Below, piece after piece: positions 41,301-51,313 of a stretch of 64,000 bases of DNA. How positions within the stretch are numbered: the stretch's first letter is position 1; the number at the start of each line of letters is the position of its first letter. This stretch comes from a virus. A model generated the notes under the pieces. The model was not told where the DNA came from. It was given only the letters and a program-made list of their open reading frames with translations, and made no database searches. Location of the stretch: IMG/VR virus record IMGVR_UViG_3300023184_009648, positions 1 to 64,000 of that record. The stretch is one strand, 5' to 3'. The position numbers and the translations under genes are program-made.

Positions 41301-41636
41301 TTAACTTTTAGCTTTATCAATTCTTTTTTTGTGATCATCATCAGTCATGCTGGTTTTTTCATTTGGGATCATATGTGGAACTCGATCCCAATAACCCCAT
41401 TGATCTTCGTTTTGTGGATTTTGAAAAACCATACCTTTTTTCCAATATTTATTTAAAAGTTCTTCGACTCTCTGTTTAGAAAGACCCGATTCTTTAGCAA
41501 TAGCTGCAATTGATCGCCATTGCCACTTGGCATTTCGAGAAAGAGCAATAAAAAATTCTTGTTCTTCATCCCCAGATTTACAGCCTTGTGGATACACATC
41601 CCACCAGTTGGGAAGTTTTTTACTGGTAGCATTCAT
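41301..41636 (-). CDS. Winged-HTH-like protein
   Basis: RSIAAIAKESGLSKQRVEELLNKYWKKGMV; GAGGAG RBS. Confidence 0.6.
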   Translation of the reverse strand: MNATSKKLPNWWDVYPQGCKSGDEEQEFFIALSRNAKWQWRSIAAIAKESGLSKQRVEELLNKYWKKGMVFQNPQNEDQWGYWDRVPHMIPNEKTSMTDDDHKKRIDKAKS

Positions 41637-41734
41637 GAAAATCTCCTCAGAAACTAAAAACAGTTCATACTATAATATCGAGGTGTTTGGAGAAAATATT
41701 ATTTCTTCAGCCCCACACACAAAAAGAAGGTAAA

Positions 41735-42220
41735 ATGAAATATACATCGAAAATGAATCGTCACGAAAGGCGTCAAGCACAAATAGCAAAATTGGAAAAC
41801 AATTTAATTGGCACTGGACTCTATATTTATGAAAATAATACAGCAGGTGACCTTAAACTCCCAAAGCCCACTGCCAGCGGAGTTCGTGTTGTTGGTCCAA
41901 GAAAAAGATTTCAAGGGGATAGCTACTTTATGCAGTTAGTTGGACATCCAATGAATCTTTTAAGACTTGTTGAAGAAATCCAACCCAAAATGACAACGCA
42001 AGACATTGCGGAAAAAATTAAAAAGGAGAATGCCGTGGCAGGAGAAAAACTTATTCTGGATCAACCAGATACCATTACAAACAAGGGTAAAGTTGAACAT
42101 GTTGTTTCAGACGAACAATCTAAGCCCCTTAATGACAATAATCTTTCTGGACAGCCTCAGCCCGAGGTGCTTTTAAATGAACAGCCTCTTGCTGGTTTAG
42201 AAATAATTAAAAAAACTTAA
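41735..42220 (+). CDS. Hypothetical protein
   Basis: GAAGG RBS before MKYTS. Confidence 0.6.
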   Translation: MKYTSKMNRHERRQAQIAKLENNLIGTGLYIYENNTAGDLKLPKPTASGVRVVGPRKRFQGDSYFMQLVGHPMNLLRLVEEIQPKMTTQDIAEKIKKENAVAGEKLILDQPDTITNKGKVEHVVSDEQSKPLNDNNLSGQPQPEVLLNEQPLAGLEIIKKT

Positions 42221-42271
42221 TGAATTGAAGGTCTTTGTAGGTTGTAATAGTGCTAATGACTATATACCTGC

Positions 42272-42751
42272 ATGGGCAATCGTTGGATTCGACAACGCAA
42301 TGGGACTACATGTGGTCCCATTGCTATTATGAACCTCCTCAAATGGCTAGGTCGGCCAATTACCTATCATAAAGATTATAAATATTATAAGAAAAAATGC
42401 CGTTGCAAAGAGTATGGAACAGAACTAAGTGATTTTGTATCAGTACTTTATGGAATAGAAGGCATAAAAATAAGTCCAAGAACTGTTCCAAATATAGGCG
42501 TAATTGATGAGGCTATTTCTCAAGGCCGAGCCGTAGTAATGAAATCCGCCCTTATAGAAGGCGGCGAAATTTTAGGTCATTATTTTATTGTCACAGAAAG
42601 AACTGACAAATCATTTTTTTGCGTAAATGTTAACAACAAACATAGCTGGATTTCTAAACCAGCTTTTAGAAATCAATATCTACAACATCACGCACATTAT
42701 TGCTATTTGTGTGGTATAGCACCATATTGCTGGATTATTAGGGCAGAATAG
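42272..42751 (+). CDS. C39-like cysteine peptidase
   Basis: RQRNGTTCGPIAI and GHYFIV (Q-C-H motifs). Confidence 0.7.
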   Translation: MGNRWIRQRNGTTCGPIAIMNLLKWLGRPITYHKDYKYYKKKCRCKEYGTELSDFVSVLYGIEGIKISPRTVPNIGVIDEAISQGRAVVMKSALIEGGEILGHYFIVTERTDKSFFCVNVNNKHSWISKPAFRNQYLQHHAHYCYLCGIAPYCWIIRAE

Positions 42752-43226
42752 TAGGGTCTCTATATTGAACCCAATCGGAAAAAGATTTTCTGAAATGGTA
42801 CAAAATTTTACGCTTAAAAAATGGCCAAGATTCTTTAAAGCTAGAGTGTAATTTTAAATTTTCTACTTCATCAATGTTAACCCAAACACTATCACTATGT
42901 TCGTCAGAAATACTTACTTTAAAAGGTTTATCAATAGCATAAAAAAAAGTAGTAAAACGAAATCTTCCATCAATATCTTCATAATCACCAAAACGATAAC
43001 CTTCAAAATTTCCACATTCTTCAATAGCTTCTCGTTTGGCAGCATCTATAGTACTTTCGCCTTGTTCAACTTTTCCACCGGGTATGCACCAGCTTTCAAA
43101 GTGATTTCCTTTAGTGGCTCGTTTCAATAAAAGAATTTTTTGGCCATCAGTGAAAAGAATGCCAGCACCTGATTTGCCCCAATATTTTCTTCCATCTCTA
43201 CCAATCCGATGATACTGTTCGTTCAT
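42738..43226 (-). CDS. NUDIX hydrolase
   Basis: Nudix box GGKVEQGESTIDAAKREAIEECG. Confidence 0.92.
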   Translation of the reverse strand: MNEQYHRIGRDGRKYWGKSGAGILFTDGQKILLLKRATKGNHFESWCIPGGKVEQGESTIDAAKREAIEECGNFEGYRFGDYEDIDGRFRFTTFFYAIDKPFKVSISDEHSDSVWVNIDEVENLKLHSSFKESWPFFKRKILYHFRKSFSDWVQYRDPTILP

Positions 43227-43816
43227 CGCTTTGGACCTCTCTTCAACGGAACCGGTTTAAGCTTTTCTATTTGTCGATCTGGCTGATCTTTAAAATAATG
43301 CATTGTATTAGTTAATTCACGGCTAATTTCAGATGCAGAAGTGCCTGTGCATTTTGTGGAGTTTTGTAATGAAACTGTTTTACGATCACGGTTGTAAAAT
43401 CCTTTACTCAAAACAAAACATCTAAGTTCAGGATGCCAAGTTACAACGCCTACCCATTCACCATCATCCCAATTACGAGATGAAACAATTAGGCGTAAAG
43501 GTTTTTCACTATAAACATGTTTTGTGTGATAACCTTGATTTTTCATTGCAGCACTAATATAGCCAAGACAAATGCGAGCAAAACCTTCAAGGGCTTCGTC
43601 GGCTTTTGTACGATAATTGACCTCAACACTGTAGCGTGAGGTTTCAACAGCTTCTACTAGGTTTTTTTGACGATATTCTTGAAAAGTCTTCATAGAACCA
43701 CGAAGAGTGGCTCCAAAATATTCTTTGCAAATTTGAACAAAATCTTCTTGTGAGACTTCTTTAGGCATAAAGTCTGCAAGACTCTGTTCCTTGCGCCAAT
43801 TAAAAAAATCTTTCAT
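43223..43816 (-). CDS. Hypothetical protein with two CTS-like motifs (MKDFFNW; internal MKTFQEY..LVE at 43693)
   Basis: GGAG RBS before 43816. Confidence 0.65.
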   Translation of the reverse strand: MKDFFNWRKEQSLADFMPKEVSQEDFVQICKEYFGATLRGSMKTFQEYRQKNLVEAVETSRYSVEVNYRTKADEALEGFARICLGYISAAMKNQGYHTKHVYSEKPLRLIVSSRNWDDGEWVGVVTWHPELRCFVLSKGFYNRDRKTVSLQNSTKCTGTSASEISRELTNTMHYFKDQPDRQIEKLKPVPLKRGPKR

Positions 43817-43842
43817 CTTTGTCTCCATCTACTATATATTGC

Positions 43843-44487
43843 ATGAAGATTTCTAATTTTAAACAATGGCTTCAAGAGCAAGAAAGATCTGGTGATTTTT
43901 TTGAAACCACCATTGGAACTGAAGAAGTTGAAGCTGGACAAATTGAAAGTATTTATTCTAAAGCCAAAATTTCAGTAATGATGGTTCGTCTTTATGATCA
44001 AATGACTGGTCAAAAACTCTTGACAAATATATCAACAATTGCCAATTTATCTGGAAGTGCTTATGGCGTTTATGTTAGCAGCGAAAATAAAAAAGCAATT
44101 GGTTCAGATGTCATAAATCAAATTAAACTTATTTATCCTAATGACCCAGCCTTAGGTCAAAAACTACAAAAACTGCCGAAGAAAACAATTGCTCAATACA
44201 TTCCTCAGATTGATCCCAAAAAAATCATTCCTTCAGATGTGATTCATGTTGATGTTTTAAAGCACATGAGAGAATTAGGTGATACACCAGCAGCTATTGT
44301 TGAAATTGCATCAACAATTGTTCATGAAGCAACACATGTTAAAGAATTTGAAGAAATTGGTAGTACCCGAGATGGTCCGGGAACTGCTGTTGATGTGGCA
44401 GAAAAAAGTTTTAAAAATTGGGCCAAACAAAATTGGCCAATGTTAAGTCAAAAATTTAATTTTCAAGGACCATTTCCTTTTAAATAA
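43843..44487 (+). CDS. HExxH metallopeptidase-like protein, CTS-like start (MKISNFKQWLQE)
   Basis: ASTIVHEATHVKE..AE; CTATATA 4 nt upstream of the ATG. Confidence 0.65.
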   Translation: MKISNFKQWLQEQERSGDFFETTIGTEEVEAGQIESIYSKAKISVMMVRLYDQMTGQKLLTNISTIANLSGSAYGVYVSSENKKAIGSDVINQIKLIYPNDPALGQKLQKLPKKTIAQYIPQIDPKKIIPSDVIHVDVLKHMRELGDTPAAIVEIASTIVHEATHVKEFEEIGSTRDGPGTAVDVAEKSFKNWAKQNWPMLSQKFNFQGPFPFK

Positions 44488-45366
44488 TTACATCATTCTA
44501 GGTCCAAGCAAATCGCCAAAGCGAACCAAGAGACGATCTTCAAAATCTTTCTTTTCTTGAAGACCTTCAGCAAGAATGATAGCTCCATCTAACTGAACGC
44601 CGCCATTAGGACCCGGAGGATTTCCAATCCTACTTCTAATGCGACCTAAAATTATTTTAGCAAAAGCAAGTGCACCTTCTTGCATTGCTTGTGTAACCAT
44701 TTTAAAATCGGGTTTTTTAGGAAGGTAACGAACTGCAACAGGATAATTACGATATGGAACTGGATAAATCTTGATGTGTTCATAACCACCAAGAAACTCC
44801 CATCCGCCTTGCTGACCTGATATTCGGTTATACATATCTTCATATTGTTTGTAAAGAACCCAATCACTCATTTTGCCCCAAACTGGTTGTTGAGGGTTGA
44901 TACCACCGGCAATACTTCCGTAAGCTCCTGCTCCCATGTATTCAAGGGGAATCACACCACCAAGATCAGAAGCACTAAAGGCGTAATTGGCTGTTTCTTT
45001 ATATGAAACACTTCGAATAAATCCTACATCTACTGGCATTTTATAAACACTTTGACCTGCATTTGTGTAAAAAGTATAGTATTGAAAATATTCCATAGGA
45101 GCATAATCTTCAAAAATTTGAAGAGCAAAATCTATACAATTTTCAAGTTGTTGATCATCTATTTCTAGTGGAAGAACTGGAGCTCCGAGCATAGTAAGAA
45201 CATAATCTTTAATTTGCTCTCGAACCTTAGCTCTATTACGACGAGGACCAATTCGATCAAGTGGATCAGTGGGGCCAAGATTGTTACAACCCGTACCACA
45301 AGAAAGTGCATTATATTGATCTTGGGTCGGTCTAGGAATAAAAAGGGTGTTACTCATGGCTTCCAT
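44488..45366 (-). CDS. gp13: Neck protein
   Basis: IKDYVLTMLGAPVLPLEIDDQQLENCIDFALQIF; GPNGGVQLDG. Confidence 0.85.
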   Translation of the reverse strand: MEAMSNTLFIPRPTQDQYNALSCGTGCNNLGPTDPLDRIGPRRNRAKVREQIKDYVLTMLGAPVLPLEIDDQQLENCIDFALQIFEDYAPMEYFQYYTFYTNAGQSVYKMPVDVGFIRSVSYKETANYAFSASDLGGVIPLEYMGAGAYGSIAGGINPQQPVWGKMSDWVLYKQYEDMYNRISGQQGGWEFLGGYEHIKIYPVPYRNYPVAVRYLPKKPDFKMVTQAMQEGALAFAKIILGRIRSRIGNPPGPNGGVQLDGAIILAEGLQEKKDFEDRLLVRFGDLLGPRMM

Positions 45367-45447
45367 ATGAAAAATTGTGTTTAGTTATGGTTATATATTC
45401 TATCGAGTTGAGATATTTGAATTTCAAGAACACTCCAAAGGTAAGTT

Positions 45448-48258
45448 ATGCAAACATCATTCAGAGAATTTCTATTTCAAGCCATTGAAAAAGATGGAGC
45501 TTATAAGTTTTTAAAGCCAACGATTCGTAAAATCGATGAAATGGCTTTATACGGGGATGTTTCTCGTATGCCAATCAATATCGACAAAGATGATATTGAT
45601 TTTTTAAAACAATTTCCACATCAGTATTGGCCCGAGGCGATGCATCAAAGATATCAATATCTTTTTCATGCAATTAAAAAACAACATGAAACTCGTAAAG
45701 CAATGGGGTGGGATGAATTAGAAGATGCTATTATTGATGCTATGAAAACTGGCGATTATTCTAAGTTAGAAACCCTTGAAGAGCCTCTTGCTTTAGACAA
45801 AAAAGAAATAGAAAAAATTAAAGAATTCAAACCAGAGTATACCGCCACTCTTGAAGACGATGAAATAGAAAAAATCGCAGACAAAATTGCATGGGAACAT
45901 TTAAAAAAATCTACAGATTTTGTTGATGACCCAGAAACTCTTGAGTTTTCTTTTAAAGAAAAACTACTTCATCCAACAACTGGTAAGCCTATTAAAACTC
46001 GTACTCAACGGCGTTTTACAAAAACAGCTAAGCCATTCTTAAATCGTCTTTATCATAAAATTGAGCGCACCGCTGGATTGCCTCATATATCGGGTTCCGG
46101 TCTTGAAGGAGAAATTGCAAAGTATGGCTATGATCTTCGTAACCCGATTGAAGATCCAGAAGGAGCTCATGCTACCACTGGATTTGCTATTCCTAAACTT
46201 GGAGCAATTAAAGATCGTATGCGTGCTTTTATGAATTTAAACGCACACAGCATGTTTGGAAAAATTGATGATCCTGATGTTGTTTGGAAGCCTGTTAATG
46301 CAGAAGATAGTGAAACTGCTGAACAATATCTTAATGTTTATCGCAAAGAATTTGAAGCTCAGCTTAAGAAAAACAAAAATTTGACAATGGATCAGGTTCA
46401 ATCTCAGGCTCGGAAGCTATCAAAGGAAAAATTAGCTGAAAAATTTCCTAATGGAACACTTCGTGGCCCTGCATATCCGGGCGTCGAAGGTGCTGAAAAT
46501 GGTTTTCCAGTAACATTTAAGCGCAAAGAAAATGGTGAAATTCAAGTAATAAATCCACCACTCTATATGCCTTTCAAAAAAATGCCTAATGGCGAACTTG
46601 CTCCTTATCCTGAGGTAAAATCCGCCCATTTCTACCGACCTCTTAGAGACAGTGAATATGTGCGAGATGATCAAGGAAACAAAGTTAAAGATGAAAACGG
46701 TAATTTTAAAACAACAGTAAACCCTGAAAAATTAACTGGTCACAAAAAAGACCATGTTAAAATTGATGATGATGAATTTCAATATGGAATCGATATTCAA
46801 AAAGATGCTGCGATTGATCCTAATCATAACACTCAAAAGAAAGATTTTTTAGTTCGTGGAACATCCGAATACGAAGAAGCTTTTAGTAAAGTTTTTGCAA
46901 ATCAATCTGAAGTTGATGTTGTAAATGGAAGAATGGTTGATGCTCCTCACAGTGGTCTCTATCGAGATATTATACAAGGAATTTTAAATTGCGTTCGCAA
47001 CAAATGTGGAGACATGACTGATTTTGAAGCTGCAATTATGATGCAGAATATATCACAAATTCATGGTTTGATCTATATGTCTATGCTTGAAAGTCTAAAT
47101 CTAAAAAAACAAGCTAGAAGCTTAAGTGATAAAAATAATCGTGTAGAATGGGCTTTCAAAAAGGCTTCATCTTATGCTCAAAAAGATCATGGTGGAGGCA
47201 CACGCCGTCTTCGTGCTCTTAGCGATGCTGCTCGTGCTACACAAACTCGTCGTCACACAACAAGGCGTCGTTTCGACACTTCGGGAATGAAATTCCCTTA
47301 TCGAATTGAAAACTACAATAAGTTTCTTCAAGATCTTGCTGACTTGCGTGAGCGTGCTGCAAAGGCTGATGCTGAAGCAAAACAAGCTGTAGCAGCTGTG
47401 TCTCGTCGTCGTTCTGCATCAGAAGGAATTGGAAATTTACTCACAACATCTTTGCAAGACCGTGCTAAAGTAGCTGATGACCTTGTATTGTTATTAGCTG
47501 TTATTCACCAAGAGTTTGGCGAAGGCACAACTGATTCTCAAAAATACGCAGAAGACACAATTAAGTCTTTCATTGAACAAGGTATGGACTCTATTCAACT
47601 TGTAACAGCTTTTCAAAATTTAGATGTTGTTAAAAAGGCAAAAGAAGAACTCAAGGTTGAACCAGATGTTGGCTCTACCGAAGAACCTAAAGTCAGTACT
47701 GATTCTGATATGCAAAGAGAAATTAGAGATGCTAACAACATCTTTGGCAACGATTTCAATATTGATTTGCAAAGGGTTTCTGGAAACAAACAACATCCTG
47801 AAATTTTATCAAAATACAAAGCAACCATCTCCGGAGCTCTTAGTCGATATGTAAGCACAGAATTAAAACAAAAAATTAAAGGTGAACATCAATGGCTTAG
47901 CATGCCCGAAGGTGCTGAAGATCTAGACAAAGTTCTTAAAGCCGTTCAAAAGGCAATTGATGAACGCATGGCTATGCCAGAATTACCTAGAGGTGCAGAA
48001 ACAGGAGGACAAGCTCGTGTTCGCATAGGAACAGATTCCGGCAAAAACTGGTTTCAAAATCTTCAATCACAAACACCAGAAGGCTATTTTCATGTAGCAC
48101 ATGATCCAATTTTTCATAAAAGGGCTCCAGTAGAAAAATTAAAAGATTTGAAAAATTATTTTAATCAAAACGCAGATAAATTTCACCCTGAAGACCATGC
48201 ATCAGCATTGAATGCATTAGATGCAGCAATCAGAGAAAAAAAGGTGACTAATGGCTAA
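45448..48258 (+). CDS. 936-aa hypothetical protein, CTS-like start (MQTSFREFL..KIDE); candidate internal virion protein
   Basis: Long ORF; no recognised catalytic motif. Confidence 0.65.
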   Translation: MQTSFREFLFQAIEKDGAYKFLKPTIRKIDEMALYGDVSRMPINIDKDDIDFLKQFPHQYWPEAMHQRYQYLFHAIKKQHETRKAMGWDELEDAIIDAMKTGDYSKLETLEEPLALDKKEIEKIKEFKPEYTATLEDDEIEKIADKIAWEHLKKSTDFVDDPETLEFSFKEKLLHPTTGKPIKTRTQRRFTKTAKPFLNRLYHKIERTAGLPHISGSGLEGEIAKYGYDLRNPIEDPEGAHATTGFAIPKLGAIKDRMRAFMNLNAHSMFGKIDDPDVVWKPVNAEDSETAEQYLNVYRKEFEAQLKKNKNLTMDQVQSQARKLSKEKLAEKFPNGTLRGPAYPGVEGAENGFPVTFKRKENGEIQVINPPLYMPFKKMPNGELAPYPEVKSAHFYRPLRDSEYVRDDQGNKVKDENGNFKTTVNPEKLTGHKKDHVKIDDDEFQYGIDIQKDAAIDPNHNTQKKDFLVRGTSEYEEAFSKVFANQSEVDVVNGRMVDAPHSGLYRDIIQGILNCVRNKCGDMTDFEAAIMMQNISQIHGLIYMSMLESLNLKKQARSLSDKNNRVEWAFKKASSYAQKDHGGGTRRLRALSDAARATQTRRHTTRRRFDTSGMKFPYRIENYNKFLQDLADLRERAAKADAEAKQAVAAVSRRRSASEGIGNLLTTSLQDRAKVADDLVLLLAVIHQEFGEGTTDSQKYAEDTIKSFIEQGMDSIQLVTAFQNLDVVKKAKEELKVEPDVGSTEEPKVSTDSDMQREIRDANNIFGNDFNIDLQRVSGNKQHPEILSKYKATISGALSRYVSTELKQKIKGEHQWLSMPEGAEDLDKVLKAVQKAIDERMAMPELPRGAETGGQARVRIGTDSGKNWFQNLQSQTPEGYFHVAHDPIFHKRAPVEKLKDLKNYFNQNADKFHPEDHASALNALDAAIREKKVTNG

Positions 48259-48517
48259 TTGGATGGATTATTTAATGAACCCTCGTGGCCACATGATTAA
48301 AAAGGCCATGTTTGAAGTTCTTAAAGAAAGATATAGTCAAAATGAAAGCATAATAGAAAGAGTTAGCGCACATCTAGTAACAGAAGATGATGTTAAGTCT
48401 TTTTACAAATTGATAACAGATGTATATGAAAAAGCTTATTTCAAAGCTGTTCAGGACCATAGAGAGCAATTGGAAAAAGCTGGATTAGCCGCTAAAATAG
48501 TGCCTAATAAATCTTAA
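48251..48517 (+). CDS. Hypothetical protein
   Basis: Overlaps the upstream stop. Confidence 0.6.
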   Translation: MANWMDYLMNPRGHMIKKAMFEVLKERYSQNESIIERVSAHLVTEDDVKSFYKLITDVYEKAYFKAVQDHREQLEKAGLAAKIVPNKS

Positions 48518-49206
48518 TTTTCTTCGAAAGATGGCTGATAATCTGAAATTAAACAATTCAGAAGCCAGCCATTTGCTTTTTGTTCTTTTTTTCTTACACG
48601 CCACCAGCGTTTAAAATTTGTTTTAGGATATAAAACACTACCTTCACCAATATCGGTGGCATCTGTCCAAATAATCATACCCATATCTTCTTGTTGAAGA
48701 ATTATACCTTCAAAAGAAGTAGGATTACCGTATTGGATAGTTTGAAAAACATCACCATAAAGATCGTCTTTTTTTGTGCGGATTTTTGCTGGCAAACAAT
48801 GAATAAAAACTTTTTCAAGTTGTTCTTTTTGAATTTCTTTTTCTCGCTGTTTATCAGGAATTACTACAGTTTTGCGATCTACAAATTCCTGTTGTGCATT
48901 GGCAGATAAATCCTGCTTAGGTTGATCAGATGCTGGTTCTATAATTTTAATATCATGCTTTAAAGTCGTATCCTTTTTAGGTGGGATAATTTTTATAGGA
49001 GGTTTAGTTTCTTTTAATTCGTCCAAAAATGTTTTTTTAATATTGAGATCAGTACTTATGGGATTTATTTCCATAGTATTTTTGTATTTTTCTGAATCCC
49101 ATTTCATATTGTGAAGTTGAAAATTAGACCATGTATCCTGTTCTTTCATGGCTGGATTAGGGCCAAAAAGCTTATATACAGATCCGTCTTTATTATACAG
49201 TGCCAT
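48514..49206 (-). CDS. Hypothetical protein (N-terminus resembles that of the gp14-like ORF)
   Basis: MALYNKDGSVYKL vs MALKNLDGTPYQV. Confidence 0.6.
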   Translation of the reverse strand: MALYNKDGSVYKLFGPNPAMKEQDTWSNFQLHNMKWDSEKYKNTMEINPISTDLNIKKTFLDELKETKPPIKIIPPKKDTTLKHDIKIIEPASDQPKQDLSANAQQEFVDRKTVVIPDKQREKEIQKEQLEKVFIHCLPAKIRTKKDDLYGDVFQTIQYGNPTSFEGIILQQEDMGMIIWTDATDIGEGSVLYPKTNFKRWWRVRKKEQKANGWLLNCLISDYQPSFEEN

Positions 49207-49330
49207 AAATGAGCCTGTTTCTGTGAAAGGTTGTTAGAATATTGTAGATAAAATACTATCTATTTTGATAAGACAACAAAAACAGTTTGAATAAAAATGT
49301 CTTATATTCAATTGAACACAAGGATTTAAA

Positions 49331-49756
49331 ATGGCTTTAGTTGTACCAAATACTGCCGATGTGTTGATGCTTAAGTTTATTGTGAATCAACTTAAACAAG
49401 ATGGTTCATCTGGAGATCCATCTGGTGAACGCTTATTGAAACTATTCACCAATAATATCGTACCATCAAAAACAACAGTGCTCGGTGATGTTACGGAAGC
49501 AACTCAATCTGGATATACAGCTACAACTTTGTCTGGTGCAAACTGGACAGTTTCCACATCTACAGCAGGAACAAACTCGGCTGTTTATACTGAAAAAGTT
49601 TTTACTTTCACCACAGCGGCAACAGTTTATGGATACTATGTTACCAATCTTGGAGGAGGCGAATTACTTTGGGTCGAAAGATTTTCAACAGCGCCTTTTA
49701 GTTTACCTAGTGGCGGTGGAGAAATTGGCGTTACTGCCAGATTGACTTTAGACTAA
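49331..49756 (+). CDS. Probable virion structural protein
   Basis: LKLFTNN..TEAT..GY..TVYGYYV..LLWVERF pattern typical of phage structural proteins. Confidence 0.6.
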   Translation: MALVVPNTADVLMLKFIVNQLKQDGSSGDPSGERLLKLFTNNIVPSKTTVLGDVTEATQSGYTATTLSGANWTVSTSTAGTNSAVYTEKVFTFTTAATVYGYYVTNLGGGELLWVERFSTAPFSLPSGGGEIGVTARLTLD

Positions 49757-49828
49757 AAATTTTTTGGATATAGTCTTTTTATTTAAAAAAACAAAATACA
49801 AAGGTAAATAAAGTTAAAGAGGTAAATC

Positions 49829-50743
49829 ATGCGTATCCCAGAATTTAAGAGTTGGTTTGTTGAGCAAGAAACATTTACTTTTATTGAGGTCATCCGTGAG
49901 GTTCTTGAATTAAGAAATCTTACTGAGAGCATTCAAGCTCTTGAAGATGAAATTTCTAAGGCAACTGGCGTTCAAGCAAACTGGGTAAATATTTTAGGAG
50001 CTAAAGCCATGCGTAGTGGCAGATTTTCGCCAAGAGATTTGCGTGGCGAACATGCTGCATTCGAAGCTCTTACTAGAATTCTTATGGATCTTCAACCGGG
50101 TAAAAATTTAAAAAATACAGTTGATGAAATTGGTGATCGTTTAGCTGATAATCCAGAGCGAAAAAACAAAGAAATCATTGCTCTTTTAACTTCAGTTGCA
50201 GGAAAAAGAGGCATTGATGTTCGCAAGCGCATTACAAGCAAAGATGATGAAGGTGCTCCTATAGGGGTTGGATCTATTGATAGCGAAGAGGGAATGGGAG
50301 CTATGCACACGGCTCTTAGTGGCCGAAGAGGCGGAAGCGTAACTGGTGCTGATTTGAGCGAATTTGAGGAAATGATGATCAATGCTCTTCGCCAAATGCA
50401 ACAGGGAGCAACTCGTCCTACCCAAGAACGCCTTGAGCAAGCTATTAAAATTGTTCCAGATCGTCTCAAAGGCATGACGGATACTGAGCTTGCTGCTCAT
50501 CACAATTTAAGCGATTCAAGAGTTGAACAAATTATGCAAGACATTTTTGCTGCTATGGAAAAGGCAGCCCAACAACTTGGCGAGCCATGGATTAGTCAAG
50601 TCCGTCGTCAGTTGGCAATGCGTCGAAGGCCTCGTGCTGTTGTAGAGCCTACTTCAGCTAGTTCTTCTATTGGTTCGTCAACAGCTACCGCTCATCCTGC
50701 ACCTTCACCGTTGATTCACGGGTCTGCTGAAACAGGACTGTAA
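49829..50743 (+). CDS. Sigma-factor-like protein with CTS-like start (MRIPEFKSWFVEQE)
   Basis: Region-2-like LLTSVAGKRGIDVRKR, SID linker, region-4-like HTH GMTDTELAAHHNLSDSRVEQI. Confidence 0.5.
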   Translation: MRIPEFKSWFVEQETFTFIEVIREVLELRNLTESIQALEDEISKATGVQANWVNILGAKAMRSGRFSPRDLRGEHAAFEALTRILMDLQPGKNLKNTVDEIGDRLADNPERKNKEIIALLTSVAGKRGIDVRKRITSKDDEGAPIGVGSIDSEEGMGAMHTALSGRRGGSVTGADLSEFEEMMINALRQMQQGATRPTQERLEQAIKIVPDRLKGMTDTELAAHHNLSDSRVEQIMQDIFAAMEKAAQQLGEPWISQVRRQLAMRRRPRAVVEPTSASSSIGSSTATAHPAPSPLIHGSAETGL

Positions 50744-50761
50744 TCTATCGAGGAGGACAAG

Positions 50762-51304
50762 ATGGCCTTAAAAAATCTCGATGGAACACCATATCAAGTA
50801 AGAGGCAGCTATCAGATGTATGATCCAAATGATCGTACACATGATTTGTTTAATCTTTGGGATCAAGAAGCAATTAAAAGAGGCGGCTCTCCAATTTACT
50901 ATTACGAGGTCATCATTTCTCCAAATATGATTGACCCCATTTATCTTGAAGCTCGCAACAAATTGTTTTCAAACAATCCAGTACAATTGTGGTGTAATTA
51001 TGAGCCTATTCCATCTCAGAATCTTATCAATCAATTTGGAATAGATGCTCCAGATGAAATGAAATTTGAATTAAATTACAGAGCCCTTTTACAAGCTGTG
51101 GGACATCCTCCCAAGATTGGATCTCGTTTATTCACTCCTCATTTGCGAGAAAATTGGGTAATTGTACAAAGAAATCTTGGTGAGTTTAAAATGTGGGGAG
51201 CTTTGCGTATTGAATTGATATGTCAAAGATTTCAAGAAGATGTTGTTACTGGCGATGGTAAGGTTTCTCAAAAAGAACCTGATCTTAAAATTAAAATTGT
51301 ATAA
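50762..51304 (+). CDS. gp14: Neck/head-completion protein
   Basis: QEAIKRGGSPIYYY, DPIYLE, QFGIDAPDE, PKIGS. Confidence 0.7.
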   Translation: MALKNLDGTPYQVRGSYQMYDPNDRTHDLFNLWDQEAIKRGGSPIYYYEVIISPNMIDPIYLEARNKLFSNNPVQLWCNYEPIPSQNLINQFGIDAPDEMKFELNYRALLQAVGHPPKIGSRLFTPHLRENWVIVQRNLGEFKMWGALRIELICQRFQEDVVTGDGKVSQKEPDLKIKIV

Positions 51305-51313
51305 AGGAAAATA

